DNA of 63,257 nt, filler included, from an uncultured bacterium (GCA_964471275.1; 3 parts of 3 records of this genome joined end to end with filler, not necessarily neighbours in it); one strand, 5' to 3'; counted from the first letter of the whole stretch, positions 9,536 to 20,438 are shown. The notes: generated by a model not told the origin, from the letters alone. Translations and numbers: made by a program.

Positions 9536-12500
9536 TTGTATCTCTCGCGGATGAACGCGTTTGGGTTTAAGTCGTTTGCCCAAAAGGTCGAACTGAAATT
9601 CCAGAAAGGCATCACGTGTGTCGTGGGCCCCAACGGCTGCGGTAAGTCGAACGTCGTGGACGCGATCCGGTGGTGTCTGGGCGAGCAAAGAGCTCGCTCG
9701 CTCCGCAGCACCAGCATGGAGGACGTGATCTTCCAGGGCTCGAGGACGAGAAAACCGCTTGGTCTCGCCGAAGTCTCCATCACGATCGACAACTCCAGCA
9801 AGGTCCTGCCTGTTGAGTATACTGAGGTTACCATTACTCGACGTCTCTATCGTTCAGGTGAGAGCGAATACCTCATCAACAAGATCCCGTGTCTTCTGCG
9901 TGACATTCATAACCTCACAATGGACACAGGTCTCGGTGCGCACTCCTACAGCGTGATCGAGCAGGGGATGGTCGACGAGATCATCAGCGACAAGACTGAC
10001 GAGCGTCGCCGCATCTTCGAAGAGGCGGCCGGCGTGACCCGATACAAGGTTCGTCGTCGGTCGGCCTGGAACAAACTCCAATCCATTCAGCAGGATCTGA
10101 CGCGGATCGCCGATATCATCGGTGAGGTCGAACGTCAGGTGCGGTCGCTCGCTCGTCAGGAGCGGAAGGCCCGGCTCTACAAACAGCTGTCGGATGAGCT
10201 CACTGATCTCGAGATCAAGCTGGGCCGCTACCAGTATTACGAGATGGCAGACAGATCCCGCCCGATGCTCGAGGAGATGTCATTTCTCAAAGAAGACATC
10301 GATGTCGGGACCACGGACGTGGCGCGTCAGGAGGCGCGACTCGAAGAGATCCGTGCGGAGTTGGCCGAGCAGGATCAGGCCCTCGCCGATTCGAACGCTG
10401 AAGTCGGCAAGCAGGTCGATCTTGTGTACAGGAAAGATCGTGAGATTGTTATCGCTCGGGAGGAGATTCGCAGCGTCACGTCCTTCCTTGAGCGCGCATC
10501 TCGCCAATTGGACGAGCTGAAGGTTCGGCGTGAGAGTGCACTCAGGGACAAGGGACGTGCGGAGCAGGGATCGCAGGAGGCCTGCGATGCCCTGGCAGAG
10601 GGAGAGCGTGCGCTGGCGGCGGACGAGCAGACACTCGCACAGGTTTCCGATCTACTGAGCGGATGGCGGGGGCGCGTCGAGCAGGAAAAGGCACGTTCGA
10701 ACGGTCTGTTCGGTGAGATGAACGAGAAGAGCTCACGCTTCGAGCGTGCTTGCACCGAGCAGGAAGGTATGCAGGAAAGACAGAATCGGTTGTCCGCTGA
10801 CGCAGAGCGTCTGGTGGGTGAGTCACAGCGTGCGAAGGAGAAGCTTGAAGAGACACGCCAGCAGGTCCTCGCCGTCGAGGAGGAGATCTCGAGACAGACA
10901 TCGCTCCGTAACGAGCTTGCCGAGGAGAAGGCCCGTATTCAGCGAGACGGTGACGCCCTGGTGGAAGAGCGTGTGGGTGTGCGCAGCAAGCTCGAAGCTG
11001 ACAAGGCACGGCTGACGTTGTTGCGGAAGCTGCAGGAGAGTTTTGACGGGTATTCAAATAGCGTTCAGGCACTGTCCCGGGAAGATTCGCCGCTTCGTGA
11101 TCGGATCCAGGGGTTGGTTGCCGATACGGTCGAGGTCGATACGTCTCACGCACCTGCGATCGAGGCGGCTCTGGGACGTGCACTCGATTGCGTGATTCTG
11201 GACTCAACGACAGACGCCCTGGAAGCAATCGACTATCTACGGGATGGCGGTCACGGCACCGGCTCTTTTGTCGCTCTCGAACGGATTCTGCAGGGGACCG
11301 GTACCCCGTGGTCGGTACCCGAAGGTGAAGGTGTCATCGGACGGGCGAGCGATCTGCTCGTCCGGTCTCGGGACGTTTCGGGTGCGGCTAGGGCCCTGTT
11401 GAGAACGACACTTGTCGTTCGCGACGCAGAAACCGCCCTTATCCACTTCAACGCGCTCCGTGCCAAGGGGATAGACGTGGTTACGCTGCAGGGCGAAGTA
11501 TTCGGGGCTGATGGAATCATTTACGGCGGGGGTTCTGATGGTGGGGCGTCCAGTCTGATCGGTCGTCAACAGCAGATTGACGAGCTTGATCAGTCGGTCA
11601 CCACACTTGATGGTTCCCTGAAGGAGCTCGAAGGTCGGATTCGGAACATCGTCGATGTGTTGGGTGAGCGCACCGAACGCCTTGAGCGTGAGGACGAAGT
11701 TCTGGCCGACTTGAAGAACAGACGCGCCGGTCTTCAGCGTGATGACCAGAATGCGAGCGATGAGGTCGAGCGTCTCGATAAGGCTCAGTTCGGGGTCGTT
11801 TCGGAACGAGAGCGGCTAGACGGGGCCCTGACCGAACTGTCCAGACAGGTGTGTGACGGGCGAATAGAGATCAAGTCACTCGAATCTCGCCGTACCATCA
11901 TCGAGGAAGCGGAGCGTTCCCTCACCCAGACGCTGCGACGTCACGAGGGTATGCGGGGCGAGGCGCACGACCGGGTATCGGCTCGTCGCGTCGAGATCGC
12001 TTCGTTGAAGGAACGCGTCGAGGGGCTGACTCAGGAAGCTGCGCGACTCGAACGCGAAGCTGAGTCTCTTGTTGTCCAGCAGCAGCGACTGGCCACCGAG
12101 TCGGAAGAGAACACCGGTCGCAAGGCTCAACTGGATGAGACGGTAGCGACGGCGAGCGGCGAACTCGAGTCTCTGCACGCATTCCAGACGGAAGCTGAGC
12201 AGAAGCGCGACGGTCAGGCTGAGACACATCAGGAACTCTTGATGATGTCCCGGGGGGTTGAAGAGGAACTCCGGGGACGCAGCCGCAAGGTGACGCAGAA
12301 CCGTGAGCGTCTTCACGAGCTCGAGGTCGGGTTAGCGGAGCTCAAGACACGTGCGGAGGAACTCCAGAGACGCATCTCACGGGATTACGAGATCGATCTC
12401 AAGGAAGCAGGACGTCTCGAGGAGCCGGAGTTCAACGCCGATATTTCGTCCAAGAAGGTGATCGAGGTCCAGGATCGTCTCAGACGGATGGGATCGGTCA

Positions 12501-13144
12501 ACCTGGCCGCGCTCGAAGAGTATGACATACAGAAAGAGCGATACGAGTTCCTGACCAAGCAGCGAGACGATTTACTCGAGGCGGAGGAGACACTCAAACG
12601 GACGATCCAGAAGATTGATCGGACGGCGAGAACGCGTTTTATGGAGACATTCCAGCTGATTCGTGAGAACTTCCAGCGCACATATGCGGCGTTTTTCGAT
12701 GGCGGTGAGGCGGATCTGATCATGCCGGACGATGAGGATCCGCTGGAGGCGCCGATCCAGATTTCCGCTCGACCTCGTGGGAAACGGTTGCAGAGCATCA
12801 ACCTGCTCTCCGGTGGAGAGCGTGCGCTGACGGCCATCTCGCTGCTCTTCGCGATCTACCTCGTCAAGCCCAGCCCCTACTGTATCCTCGATGAGGTTGA
12901 CGCGCCGCTCGACGATGCGAACGTGGGGCGTTTTGTGAAGGTGATCAAGGAGTTCTCTTCCGGCACACAGTTCCTGGTTGTCACGCACAACAAGGTGACG
13001 ATGGAGGCGGCTGATGCCCTTCACGGCGTGACGATGGAGGAGCCGGGCGTGTCGAAACTCGTCAGCGTCAGGATTAACCAGGACGAACCGTCGACGAACG
13101 GTCACGCCGAGCACATCGAGGATGAGGCGGTGCTGGCAGACTAG
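9536..13144 (+). CDS. smc: Chromosome segregation protein SMC
   Basis: TTG start after AGGAGG; GFKSF, Walker A GPNGCGKSN, long coiled coils with hinge, LSGGE signature, LDEVDAPLD Walker B. Confidence 0.97.
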   Translation: MYLSRMNAFGFKSFAQKVELKFQKGITCVVGPNGCGKSNVVDAIRWCLGEQRARSLRSTSMEDVIFQGSRTRKPLGLAEVSITIDNSSKVLPVEYTEVTITRRLYRSGESEYLINKIPCLLRDIHNLTMDTGLGAHSYSVIEQGMVDEIISDKTDERRRIFEEAAGVTRYKVRRRSAWNKLQSIQQDLTRIADIIGEVERQVRSLARQERKARLYKQLSDELTDLEIKLGRYQYYEMADRSRPMLEEMSFLKEDIDVGTTDVARQEARLEEIRAELAEQDQALADSNAEVGKQVDLVYRKDREIVIAREEIRSVTSFLERASRQLDELKVRRESALRDKGRAEQGSQEACDALAEGERALAADEQTLAQVSDLLSGWRGRVEQEKARSNGLFGEMNEKSSRFERACTEQEGMQERQNRLSADAERLVGESQRAKEKLEETRQQVLAVEEEISRQTSLRNELAEEKARIQRDGDALVEERVGVRSKLEADKARLTLLRKLQESFDGYSNSVQALSREDSPLRDRIQGLVADTVEVDTSHAPAIEAALGRALDCVILDSTTDALEAIDYLRDGGHGTGSFVALERILQGTGTPWSVPEGEGVIGRASDLLVRSRDVSGAARALLRTTLVVRDAETALIHFNALRAKGIDVVTLQGEVFGADGIIYGGGSDGGASSLIGRQQQIDELDQSVTTLDGSLKELEGRIRNIVDVLGERTERLEREDEVLADLKNRRAGLQRDDQNASDEVERLDKAQFGVVSERERLDGALTELSRQVCDGRIEIKSLESRRTIIEEAERSLTQTLRRHEGMRGEAHDRVSARRVEIASLKERVEGLTQEAARLEREAESLVVQQQRLATESEENTGRKAQLDETVATASGELESLHAFQTEAEQKRDGQAETHQELLMMSRGVEEELRGRSRKVTQNRERLHELEVGLAELKTRAEELQRRISRDYEIDLKEAGRLEEPEFNADISSKKVIEVQDRLRRMGSVNLAALEEYDIQKERYEFLTKQRDDLLEAEETLKRTIQKIDRTARTRFMETFQLIRENFQRTYAAFFDGGEADLIMPDDEDPLEAPIQISARPRGKRLQSINLLSGGERALTAISLLFAIYLVKPSPYCILDEVDAPLDDANVGRFVKVIKEFSSGTQFLVVTHNKVTMEAADALHGVTMEEPGVSKLVSVRINQDEPSTNGHAEHIEDEAVLAD

Positions 13145-13168
13145 CAGGCAGGTCAGAGGAAACAAACA

Positions 13169-13200
13169 AGAGGGCGTGCAGCTTGGGTTGCACGCCCTCT
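13169..13200. terminator. Probable bidirectional terminator hairpin between convergent genes
   Basis: AGAGGGCGTGCAGC-TTGG-GTTGCACGCCCTCT, a 14 bp stem with one G-U pair. Confidence 0.75.
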
Positions 13201-13223
13201 CTGTATGTAGAGCCTGCAGCAGG

Positions 13224-14471
13224 TCAGGCTTTGAAGTCCACTCCGATCCGGGGCTGAATCGCATCGTCCACGGTGATCTCATCGAGCTGGACACGAACTT
13301 CGGGAACCGGGTATCCGGCGCGACTCAGGGCTGAGGCGAGATCGTCGACCTCGCGGGATACGTGGTCGTGCGCATGTTGTGAGCCGACGCGAACGGCGCA
13401 AATGTTCCGGCCTTCATAGGAAGCCAGATCGATTCTTATGCTCCCCAGATTCGAGAGTGTAACCCTGACCGAAACTGAAAAACGGGACGGGTCGACACAC
13501 CCCTCGTCCCCACCGCGTGAAATCCGGATGTCGGCGGCCGTCAGGTTCCGGCCGTCCAGCAGAGGGACCTGGAATACGATGGGGTCAGCATCGTCTCCCG
13601 CCAGCGCACCTGCCTGCACGGTATTGAGAAAGCGGAGAAGGTTGCTGACCTGATCTGCTTCCGCCTGTGTCAGATCAGGAGATTCCAGGAGTCGCAATAA
13701 GACCACGCGCAGACTGTCACCGACCTGGCCTCGGGAGAGTTGACCCTCGAGGTCGATACCGAGTCTTGTGAGCAACGTATGGACATCTTCAGCGGTGAGA
13801 TCACCGGATTGTGTCGAAATGGCCTGCAGCAGCTCGTCGACCCCGCGTGTCCTGCTGTTCCCGACGCCTCGCCCCGCAAGATTCTTCAATAGTCCGGCCA
13901 GACCGTCAAGCAGGGCACCGAGCATTCCCGCCGGGGCGGAAGACCAGAAGGCTGCGAGCGAATCCGGTGTGACGGGGAGACCCTTGCCGCGAAGGAAGAG
14001 GATCCGATCGACGAGATCGTCGAGATCTTCGAGCGATGTGCTGTTGCTCAGACCGGCAAGAAACTCTCGAAGGGACTGGACTTCGTTCCGGTCGACTGGC
14101 AGACCGTTCCGGATGAGCGCCGCCACGACTGCCCTGCTTGTCGCATCGTCCTTGAGACCCAGCTTGTGAAGACCCGCCCGGACAGCCGCGTCCTCGGAAC
14201 CTGGTCTTCCGGATATCGATAGCATCAGCGGAGGGCCGAGCTCCTGAACCCGTGTCTCGACTACCTGGCCGGGCTTCAACGCCAGTCGGCTCTCGGCGAC
14301 AAGGGTGTGGCCCATAAAACGAATGGCCCATCGTCCTGTCGACAATTCGTCGAGGACGTGGGCCTGTATCGTCTGTCCCTCACTCAGCTTTCCCAGCAGT
14401 GATGCACGCTGGGCGTCAGTCGTTAGATTAAGCTGGAGGGTATTGAGGGATGGTGATCCGGATATCTGCAC
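13224..14471 (-). CDS. Flagellar hook-length control FliK-like protein
   Basis: C-terminal FQVPL...LSNLGSIRIDL...LASALSRAGY...IGVDFKA resembles the Flg_hook domain; last gene of the flagellar block. Confidence 0.6.
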   Translation of the reverse strand: MQISGSPSLNTLQLNLTTDAQRASLLGKLSEGQTIQAHVLDELSTGRWAIRFMGHTLVAESRLALKPGQVVETRVQELGPPLMLSISGRPGSEDAAVRAGLHKLGLKDDATSRAVVAALIRNGLPVDRNEVQSLREFLAGLSNSTSLEDLDDLVDRILFLRGKGLPVTPDSLAAFWSSAPAGMLGALLDGLAGLLKNLAGRGVGNSRTRGVDELLQAISTQSGDLTAEDVHTLLTRLGIDLEGQLSRGQVGDSLRVVLLRLLESPDLTQAEADQVSNLLRFLNTVQAGALAGDDADPIVFQVPLLDGRNLTAADIRISRGGDEGCVDPSRFSVSVRVTLSNLGSIRIDLASYEGRNICAVRVGSQHAHDHVSREVDDLASALSRAGYPVPEVRVQLDEITVDDAIQPRIGVDFKA

Positions 14472-15021
14472 GATTGAACCGTCTGGTCAGGATTTCTGTC
14501 ACCGGAGGGGTGTCTCGCCTTTTCTCCTGCGAGAGCTCATCCCGGATGAAGGGGCTTGAGGCTGAAGCCCGGTGGCCGGATGACTGATCGACTCCTACAG
14601 AGGTAAGTCGGGTTTTTACCAGCCGTATCGAAGAATCGGTGATCGTCTTGAGAGACATCTCATCGCGAAGGATGGATACGAACAGCGTATCCGTTGCCCC
14701 GGCGTCCGTGTCGATCGGGAAGCTCGACTTCAGCTCCAGCGCCATCTTGCCGTTTGCGAACTTCCAGTCGCCCTGGATTCGTTCGGCTTGACCTTCTGGC
14801 GGGTTGAAGAAGATGATTTCGAAGGTGTCGCGATTGAAGGTCCAGTCAGCATCTCCTGAAAGGGTGCGTCCCATCAAGGCAAAAGCGTTGAAGGTGCCAC
14901 TCCAGGTTCCGCGAACATCGTCTGTATCCACGCCGGTTGGGGTGCTGGCACCACAGGCAGATGCGAGTGTGGCGAGCAGAGCGCCGAGCAAGATGCTGTG
15001 GGGGTGAGGTTGGGACTTCAT
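14428..15021 (-). CDS. Putative lipoprotein (beta-rich, lipocalin-like)
   Basis: Signal peptide with lipobox LASAC, then GTW motif and alternating beta-strand pattern. Confidence 0.6.
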   Translation of the reverse strand: MKSQPHPHSILLGALLATLASACGASTPTGVDTDDVRGTWSGTFNAFALMGRTLSGDADWTFNRDTFEIIFFNPPEGQAERIQGDWKFANGKMALELKSSFPIDTDAGATDTLFVSILRDEMSLKTITDSSIRLVKTRLTSVGVDQSSGHRASASSPFIRDELSQEKRRDTPPVTEILTRRFNRADIRITIPQYPPA

Positions 15022-15023
15022 AG

Positions 15024-15578
15024 CTAGCCTCGTTCGATCAATTCCTTCGAAACGGGTGGGTTGGGATCATCCGTGGCACGCATCCGCGTGATCATCCGGA
15101 CCTCGGCGACGCCGATGTCGAGTTCCCGGGCGATCTCAAGTGTCGATTTTCCCTGCTTGAGAAGACCGTTTACCGCGTCGTAAGCGCCTGAGGTCTCGGT
15201 TGTGGCCACCGTTTCTTCACCGGGTCTTTCGTCGACGCACTCCTGCGAGACCTTGATCTGGTCGACGACAGGCGGCGTTGGTGTGACGGCGACATCGGGC
15301 CGTGAACGAATGCTCTGCAGCTGTGTGATCGAGCTCCGCAAGTCCTCCAACTGCTGGGTAAGGAGACCATCTGCCGTCTGAAGCGACGCGGCCGTGTGGT
15401 CGAGCATCTCAACTGCGTCCGTTAGTTTCCCAATCGACCCGCGCAACGCCTTGATCTGAAGATCCGTCTGTTCACGATCCTCTTTCCTCCAGCTCCGGCA
15501 CCACAGCAGGATCGAGAAGATCATGCCGACACCAAAGAGTACACACAATGAGATGGCAAGCAGTTCCAGGCCTTCCAT
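15024..15578 (-). CDS. Flagellar-operon membrane protein with coiled coil and C-terminal HTH-like motif (DUF2802/DUF6115-like)
   Basis: N-terminal TM helix, heptad region, C-terminal LLKQGKSTLEIARELDIGVAEVRMI. Confidence 0.6.
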   Translation of the reverse strand: MEGLELLAISLCVLFGVGMIFSILLWCRSWRKEDREQTDLQIKALRGSIGKLTDAVEMLDHTAASLQTADGLLTQQLEDLRSSITQLQSIRSRPDVAVTPTPPVVDQIKVSQECVDERPGEETVATTETSGAYDAVNGLLKQGKSTLEIARELDIGVAEVRMITRMRATDDPNPPVSKELIERG

Positions 15579-15626
15579 ATGGATCCTCGATTGTCGGCGT
15601 AACGGCGGGAGCGCCGTCGTGCCTGG

Positions 15627-16514
15627 CTATTCGTCCTGTAAGGCGGGGAAGCTCAGTGTAAATGTCGTGCCCTGGCCGACATCGCTATCGACCTCGATTC
15701 GACCATTGTGCTTCTCGACGATTCCGAAAATGATGGAGAGACCCAGCCCGGTTCCGCCCGATTCCTCACGGGTGGTGAAGAAGGGATCGAAGATTCGGGG
15801 CAGGTTCTCCTCGGGTATGCCTTCTCCAGAGTCCTGGAGCCGGACAACGACCTGATCGTCCGTCCGGTCGATGTCTATTTCCAGGTCGCCACCCTCCTCG
15901 GGCATGGCCTGGAGCGCATTGATGATCAGGTTGAGGAACACCTGCTCCATCTCACCCGTATTGCCGGCGATTCGTGTAGCCTGCTCGCCTTCGACGTGGA
16001 TGCGCGCATCCACCTTGCCCTTCTCCAGCAGATGATGCATCAGGTTGAGTGTCTGGTTGACCAGGTAGACGAGGTCGATCTCTTTGTGCTCTTCCTCGCC
16101 GCTGTTGTGGCGGGCGAAGTCGAGGAGGCTGCGAATGATTCTGGAGATCCGTTTGACGTTCGACTCGATCAACCGGAGATCCGTTACTAGCCCATCCTTC
16201 TCCTGGTGCCGAATCATCAGCAACTGAACACGACTCAAGATGATCTGAAGCGGGTTGTTCACCTCGTGTGCAACCCCGGCCGCGAGTTGTCCGACGGCTG
16301 CCATCTTTCCTGATTGCACAAGCTGCGCCTGCGATGCCTTGAGACGCTTCTCCAGACGCTCATTCTCCGTGCTCAGGCTGTTGATGTGCGCAAGCAGCTC
16401 TTCCACCGCCGGATGACCGGACACGCCGGGCTCGGCGGCCTCAAGAATCTTACGGATGTCTTTACGTGGTTTTGCTGGCATCTGTTCAGACTCCGACCGG
16501 TTCTGGCCCGTCAT
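15627..16514 (-). CDS. Cytoplasmic histidine kinase (NtrB-like HisKA + HATPase_c)
   Basis: AHEVNNPL H-box, QVFLNLIINA N-box, DSGEGI, DPFFTT, GGTGLGL; no TM or sensor domain. Confidence 0.92.
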   Translation of the reverse strand: MTGQNRSESEQMPAKPRKDIRKILEAAEPGVSGHPAVEELLAHINSLSTENERLEKRLKASQAQLVQSGKMAAVGQLAAGVAHEVNNPLQIILSRVQLLMIRHQEKDGLVTDLRLIESNVKRISRIIRSLLDFARHNSGEEEHKEIDLVYLVNQTLNLMHHLLEKGKVDARIHVEGEQATRIAGNTGEMEQVFLNLIINALQAMPEEGGDLEIDIDRTDDQVVVRLQDSGEGIPEENLPRIFDPFFTTREESGGTGLGLSIIFGIVEKHNGRIEVDSDVGQGTTFTLSFPALQDE

Positions 16515-17466
16515 CCTCAGGCCCGTTGTCCGATGTTTCGAAGAGCTCAGACTCGAGTTCGTTGAAGACGCGCGCCTTCTCGAGTTCGACCTGGAGCCCT
16601 TCGCTCAGTTCCGCCAGCCAGTCCTCGTCCAATATGTCGCGACCTGCCTTGAACACCGTGCTGACTTCCGGACTCAGCGAAGCGCCAAGGGAGTCCCCGG
16701 CCTGGCCGATATGGTTGTGCCGTATCAGGGCGTTGGCCGTGTGAGTGACCATCAGAATCTCACTCGGTTCCTCGACCGCCAGCGGGTTGTGGTGGTAGGT
16801 AATGGCCTGAACAAGGCTCTCGGGAAGATTCCACTTTTCGGCCAACCATCCGCCGATCTCCGCGTGTGTAACGCCGATGACCTTCATCTCCGCCTCGGAT
16901 ATGGTCAGGAGCTCATCGCATGCGAGTTCGAGCGATTCACCGAACTCGTCCGGGAAATACTCGATCAGGATCAGCTTCCCAATGTCGTGGAGTACACCGG
17001 CTACAAAAGCTTCACCCTCCAGCTTTCGGTTTCGTTTGCGGACGAGCATCCGGGCCGCCACACCGCAACCAATGGCGTGCTCCCAGAACTGTTGTCGATC
17101 GAAGAGTGGATGTGCCTTCCCGGCGTGGAAGCGCTTGAGGACGGCGACACTGAGACCCAGGTTCTTGACGGTCTCAAAGCCCAGAACCACAATCGCCAGC
17201 TGCACGGTCGCGATCTTCCGAGGGAACCCGTAGAACGCCGAGTTCGCAACTTTCAGAATCTTCGCCGTCAGGGCCTGATCAGCAGAAATGAGTTGGGAGA
17301 TATCCCGAGCCGAGGTCGCCGGATCACCGACCAGGTTGATCAGCTGCGTCACGACGGTCGGAAGAGAGGGGAGCCCGATAACCTTCTCGGTTATCTGTCT
17401 GAGTCGCTGTTTCTGGTCCATCTCTACCCGAGGTGTCATCTCGAATTTCTGAGAGCGCTTGGCCAT
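16486..17466 (-). CDS. HDOD domain protein
   Basis: LPSLP, DQALTAKILKVANSAFYG, FWEHA, LHDIGK, HAEIGGWLAEKWNLP, HH motifs; ATG at 17466. Confidence 0.9.
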   Translation of the reverse strand: MAKRSQKFEMTPRVEMDQKQRLRQITEKVIGLPSLPTVVTQLINLVGDPATSARDISQLISADQALTAKILKVANSAFYGFPRKIATVQLAIVVLGFETVKNLGLSVAVLKRFHAGKAHPLFDRQQFWEHAIGCGVAARMLVRKRNRKLEGEAFVAGVLHDIGKLILIEYFPDEFGESLELACDELLTISEAEMKVIGVTHAEIGGWLAEKWNLPESLVQAITYHHNPLAVEEPSEILMVTHTANALIRHNHIGQAGDSLGASLSPEVSTVFKAGRDILDEDWLAELSEGLQVELEKARVFNELESELFETSDNGPEDDGPEPVGV

Positions 17467-17470
17467 GGTC

Positions 17471-18250
17471 CTACTGCAAGAGTCGCATTCGGAGTTTGCC
17501 GCGGAGGCTGAGTACGGCCTTGGTGTGGATTTGAGAGACGCGTGATTCGGACAGTTCCATGACCTGTCCAATCTCCTTGAGAGTCAGTTCTTCGTAGTAA
17601 TACAACGCGATTACCAACCGTTCCTGCTCGGTCAGGAGGCCGATCGAGTCGACGAGCAGGTTGCGCATCTCTTCGCGCTCCAGATCCGTCAGTGCGTCAC
17701 TCTTGTCTTGAGATTGCAGGGTGTCGACGAGCGGCACCGGTTTGTCATCGGCCGAACCGTAGGTCAACTCGTCCAGCGATAGGAGTGTCGTGGACGAGAG
17801 ATCGTCGAGCAGCTTGTAGAGGTCGTCCAGCGAGACATCCAGACTCTCGGCGACCTGCTGCTCCGTCGGGCTCCGCCCCATCTTGTTCTCGAGCTGAGCG
17901 ATCGCTCGCTCCATTTCGCGTGACTTCGCACGAGTCGATCGCGGGGCCCAGTCGATGGCCCGGAGCTCATCCAGTATGGCTCCCCGGATCCGCATCGAGG
18001 CGAAGCTCTCGAACTTGACGTTCTTTGACGGGTCGAAATTCCCGTGGGCCTCGATCAGACCGACAACACCGGCATTGATCAGATCATCCAGTTCGACGGA
18101 CTTGGGCAGACCGATGGCGATGCGACCCGCGATGTATTTCACGAGCGGCAAGTACTGCATCAGGTGCGCTTCGCGATTCGGGTCGGCTGCAGCTTGGGCT
18201 TGTGCCTGGTATGCCCGGGCGGATTCGGCTGGTGTTCTGTTTTTCTGCAT
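17471..18250 (-). CDS. fliA: RNA polymerase sigma-28 factor FliA/WhiG
   Basis: YLPLVKYIA, DDLINAGVVGL, RIRGAILDELRAIDW, LYYYEELTLKEIG..SESRVSQIH; follows flhG. Confidence 0.95.
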   Translation of the reverse strand: MQKNRTPAESARAYQAQAQAAADPNREAHLMQYLPLVKYIAGRIAIGLPKSVELDDLINAGVVGLIEAHGNFDPSKNVKFESFASMRIRGAILDELRAIDWAPRSTRAKSREMERAIAQLENKMGRSPTEQQVAESLDVSLDDLYKLLDDLSSTTLLSLDELTYGSADDKPVPLVDTLQSQDKSDALTDLEREEMRNLLVDSIGLLTEQERLVIALYYYEELTLKEIGQVMELSESRVSQIHTKAVLSLRGKLRMRLLQ

Positions 18251-18400
18251 AACGCTTCTACTCTTCGCGCAATGGGCCGTGGTTGCCTTATAATCATCTC
18301 TGATGTTGAGGCGTTGTGATGGTATAGCTGAACGTTCATCATCTACCGAAAGCCCGCCAGGAGGTGTGAACACAGCTCGTCATCAGTTGGATGTCGAGTC

Positions 18401-19240
18401 CTAAGCGACTTCCTTTTCGGTCATTCGAGCTGCGAGGCGGTCAAAGAGCCCCGGCTGACTGCGGTCGGTCCGGTCGAGCTCTTCTGCGAGTTCACCCCCG
18501 AGTTTCTTGAGACACCGCGCTCCTTCGGATTCCGGATTCGACAGGATCACCGGACGCTGGTTGCGCGTTGCCTGCTCAACTTCCAGGTCCTCTACCACGT
18601 GCCCAACCTTTTCGATAGATACCTCGAGAAAGCGACCGACGATCTCGTCGAACTTCCCCTGTAGTTCGTGTGCTTCTCTTGGCGACCTTGCCCGGTTGAC
18701 GATCAGACCGACAGGAAGGTCCGGTCGCTCGCCCGTCGCCACCTTGACCATCGCGTAGGCATCGGCAATCGATGTGGGCTCGGGCGTTGCGACAACAAAG
18801 GCCCGGTCTGCGGAGAGTACAAAATCAGTAACCTTGTCGGATATCCCTGCACCCGTGTCGATCAGAATCAGGTCGAAGGCACGTTCCAGGCGTCCCAACT
18901 CCTCGCTCAGCTGGCTCCCGTTTTCTGACTGCCAGGCTTCCGACTCACTAATTCCCGATGCGGACGGCAAGATGGAAAGCCCTTCGGGACCTTCGACGAT
19001 CACGTCAAAGGCGGTGGCCCGGCCCCGCAACAGGTCCTGCAGGTTGTGTTCGGGTGAAATGCCCAGCAGGATGTCAATGTTCGCGAGCCCTAGGTCGGCG
19101 TCGACGAGAAGAACGCGTTTGCTCTCAGACGCCAGCGCAATGCCAAGGTTGAGGGACAGCGTGCTCTTTCCGACTCCGCCCTTGCCGCTGGTGACTGCCC
19201 AGGCTGCCGCTCTTGGCCCTTCAGCTTCCTGCGGTGCCAT
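18401..19240 (-). CDS. flhG: Flagellar number regulator FlhG/FleN (MinD-like ATPase)
   Basis: SGKGGVGKS, DADLGLANID, DTGAGI, TPEPTSIADAY; lies between flhF and fliA. Confidence 0.92.
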   Translation of the reverse strand: MAPQEAEGPRAAAWAVTSGKGGVGKSTLSLNLGIALASESKRVLLVDADLGLANIDILLGISPEHNLQDLLRGRATAFDVIVEGPEGLSILPSASGISESEAWQSENGSQLSEELGRLERAFDLILIDTGAGISDKVTDFVLSADRAFVVATPEPTSIADAYAMVKVATGERPDLPVGLIVNRARSPREAHELQGKFDEIVGRFLEVSIEKVGHVVEDLEVEQATRNQRPVILSNPESEGARCLKKLGGELAEELDRTDRSQPGLFDRLAARMTEKEVA

Positions 19241-20438
19241 TGAGGCTCCTTGTGAAAAGGGCTTTCGGGAGGGTGGTCGCCTCAGCTGGGTACAGGTCAC
19301 CCGGTACCATACGGCTGTTTGTGACGTATGACACGGGAATGCCGGATTCAATCGCAATGCTGCACGCCGCTCCGTAACGTGGCGTCTCGTCGAGTCGAGT
19401 GAACAGGAGTCGATCGATTCCGACTTCCCTGAACCCGTCGACGGCATCCCGCATCTGACGCAGCCCGGTCGGTGCGCTCAGGACGAGATGTATCTCGTTG
19501 GGTGCAGCCTCCCTCAAGACATCCTTCAAGGTCCGCTTCTGTTCCTCGTCGATCGGGCTGATACCCGCCGTATCGACGAGGATGAGGTCGGCCTCCCGAC
19601 GGTTCTGCATGGCGTCCCGCATCTCGTCGGGTGTGTAGGCCAGATCGACCGGAAGGTCGAGTATGCCGCCGTAAGCGCGAATCTGCTCGAGACCTCCGAC
19701 ACGATCAGTGTCCGTCGAGATCAGCGCAACCTTTTTGCCCTCAGCCGCGAAGTGAGCCGCGAGTTTGGCTGCCGATGTCGTCTTGCCGGTCCCCGATGTT
19801 CCGACCAATGCGATGACGGTTCTGACTTTGCCCGTCACGACAGTCGATCTGGTCGGTGCCATCCGGTCTGACAGGATCCGAACGGCCTTTGATTTCAGTG
19901 GACTCGCGGCTTTGAATCCCTCGGTGCCCGGATCCGTCAGCAGATCCTTCACGATGCTCTGCGCAAGGCCCTGATCCAGATCGTCCTGCTCCATCTGATC
20001 CGCCAGTTTGCCCAGGACTCCCGGAAGAACCTGTGCTGGAACGCCCTGCGTCGTACTGCCCATCCTGGTCTGCAGGTCGTTCAACTGGGCAGATATTCTT
20101 GCCAGCGCATCGGGATCGGGCGATGTCGACCGTGAAATGACGGACGCCGTGGCCGGAGGAGGGGTCGGTGCCGCCGTCTGCCTTCGGACGTGAGATGCGG
20201 CCGGTTTCTTTGTCGACCGGGGTGCAGCTGCTTTCTTCGCCGTCTGCCTGGCGGTTTTGCTCGCAGATTTCGGGTTGTCATCGACCGCAGCCGTGACTTC
20301 GACCTGGCCCTTCTTGCCGAGGATCCCCGTCTTGCCAATCGTCCGCGTGTTGAGGACGATCGCCTTGGGTCCCAGATCGGCTTTGACGAGCTTCAGGACC
20401 TCGGGCATGCTGTCGGCTACGTATTTCTTAATTCTCAT
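19221..20438 (-). CDS. flhF: Flagellar biosynthesis SRP-type GTPase FlhF
   Basis: MRIKKYVADSM N-terminus, GTSGTGKTT, DTAG, TRLDET motifs. Confidence 0.92.
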   Translation of the reverse strand: MRIKKYVADSMPEVLKLVKADLGPKAIVLNTRTIGKTGILGKKGQVEVTAAVDDNPKSASKTARQTAKKAAAPRSTKKPAASHVRRQTAAPTPPPATASVISRSTSPDPDALARISAQLNDLQTRMGSTTQGVPAQVLPGVLGKLADQMEQDDLDQGLAQSIVKDLLTDPGTEGFKAASPLKSKAVRILSDRMAPTRSTVVTGKVRTVIALVGTSGTGKTTSAAKLAAHFAAEGKKVALISTDTDRVGGLEQIRAYGGILDLPVDLAYTPDEMRDAMQNRREADLILVDTAGISPIDEEQKRTLKDVLREAAPNEIHLVLSAPTGLRQMRDAVDGFREVGIDRLLFTRLDETPRYGAACSIAIESGIPVSYVTNSRMVPGDLYPAEATTLPKALFTRSLNGTAGS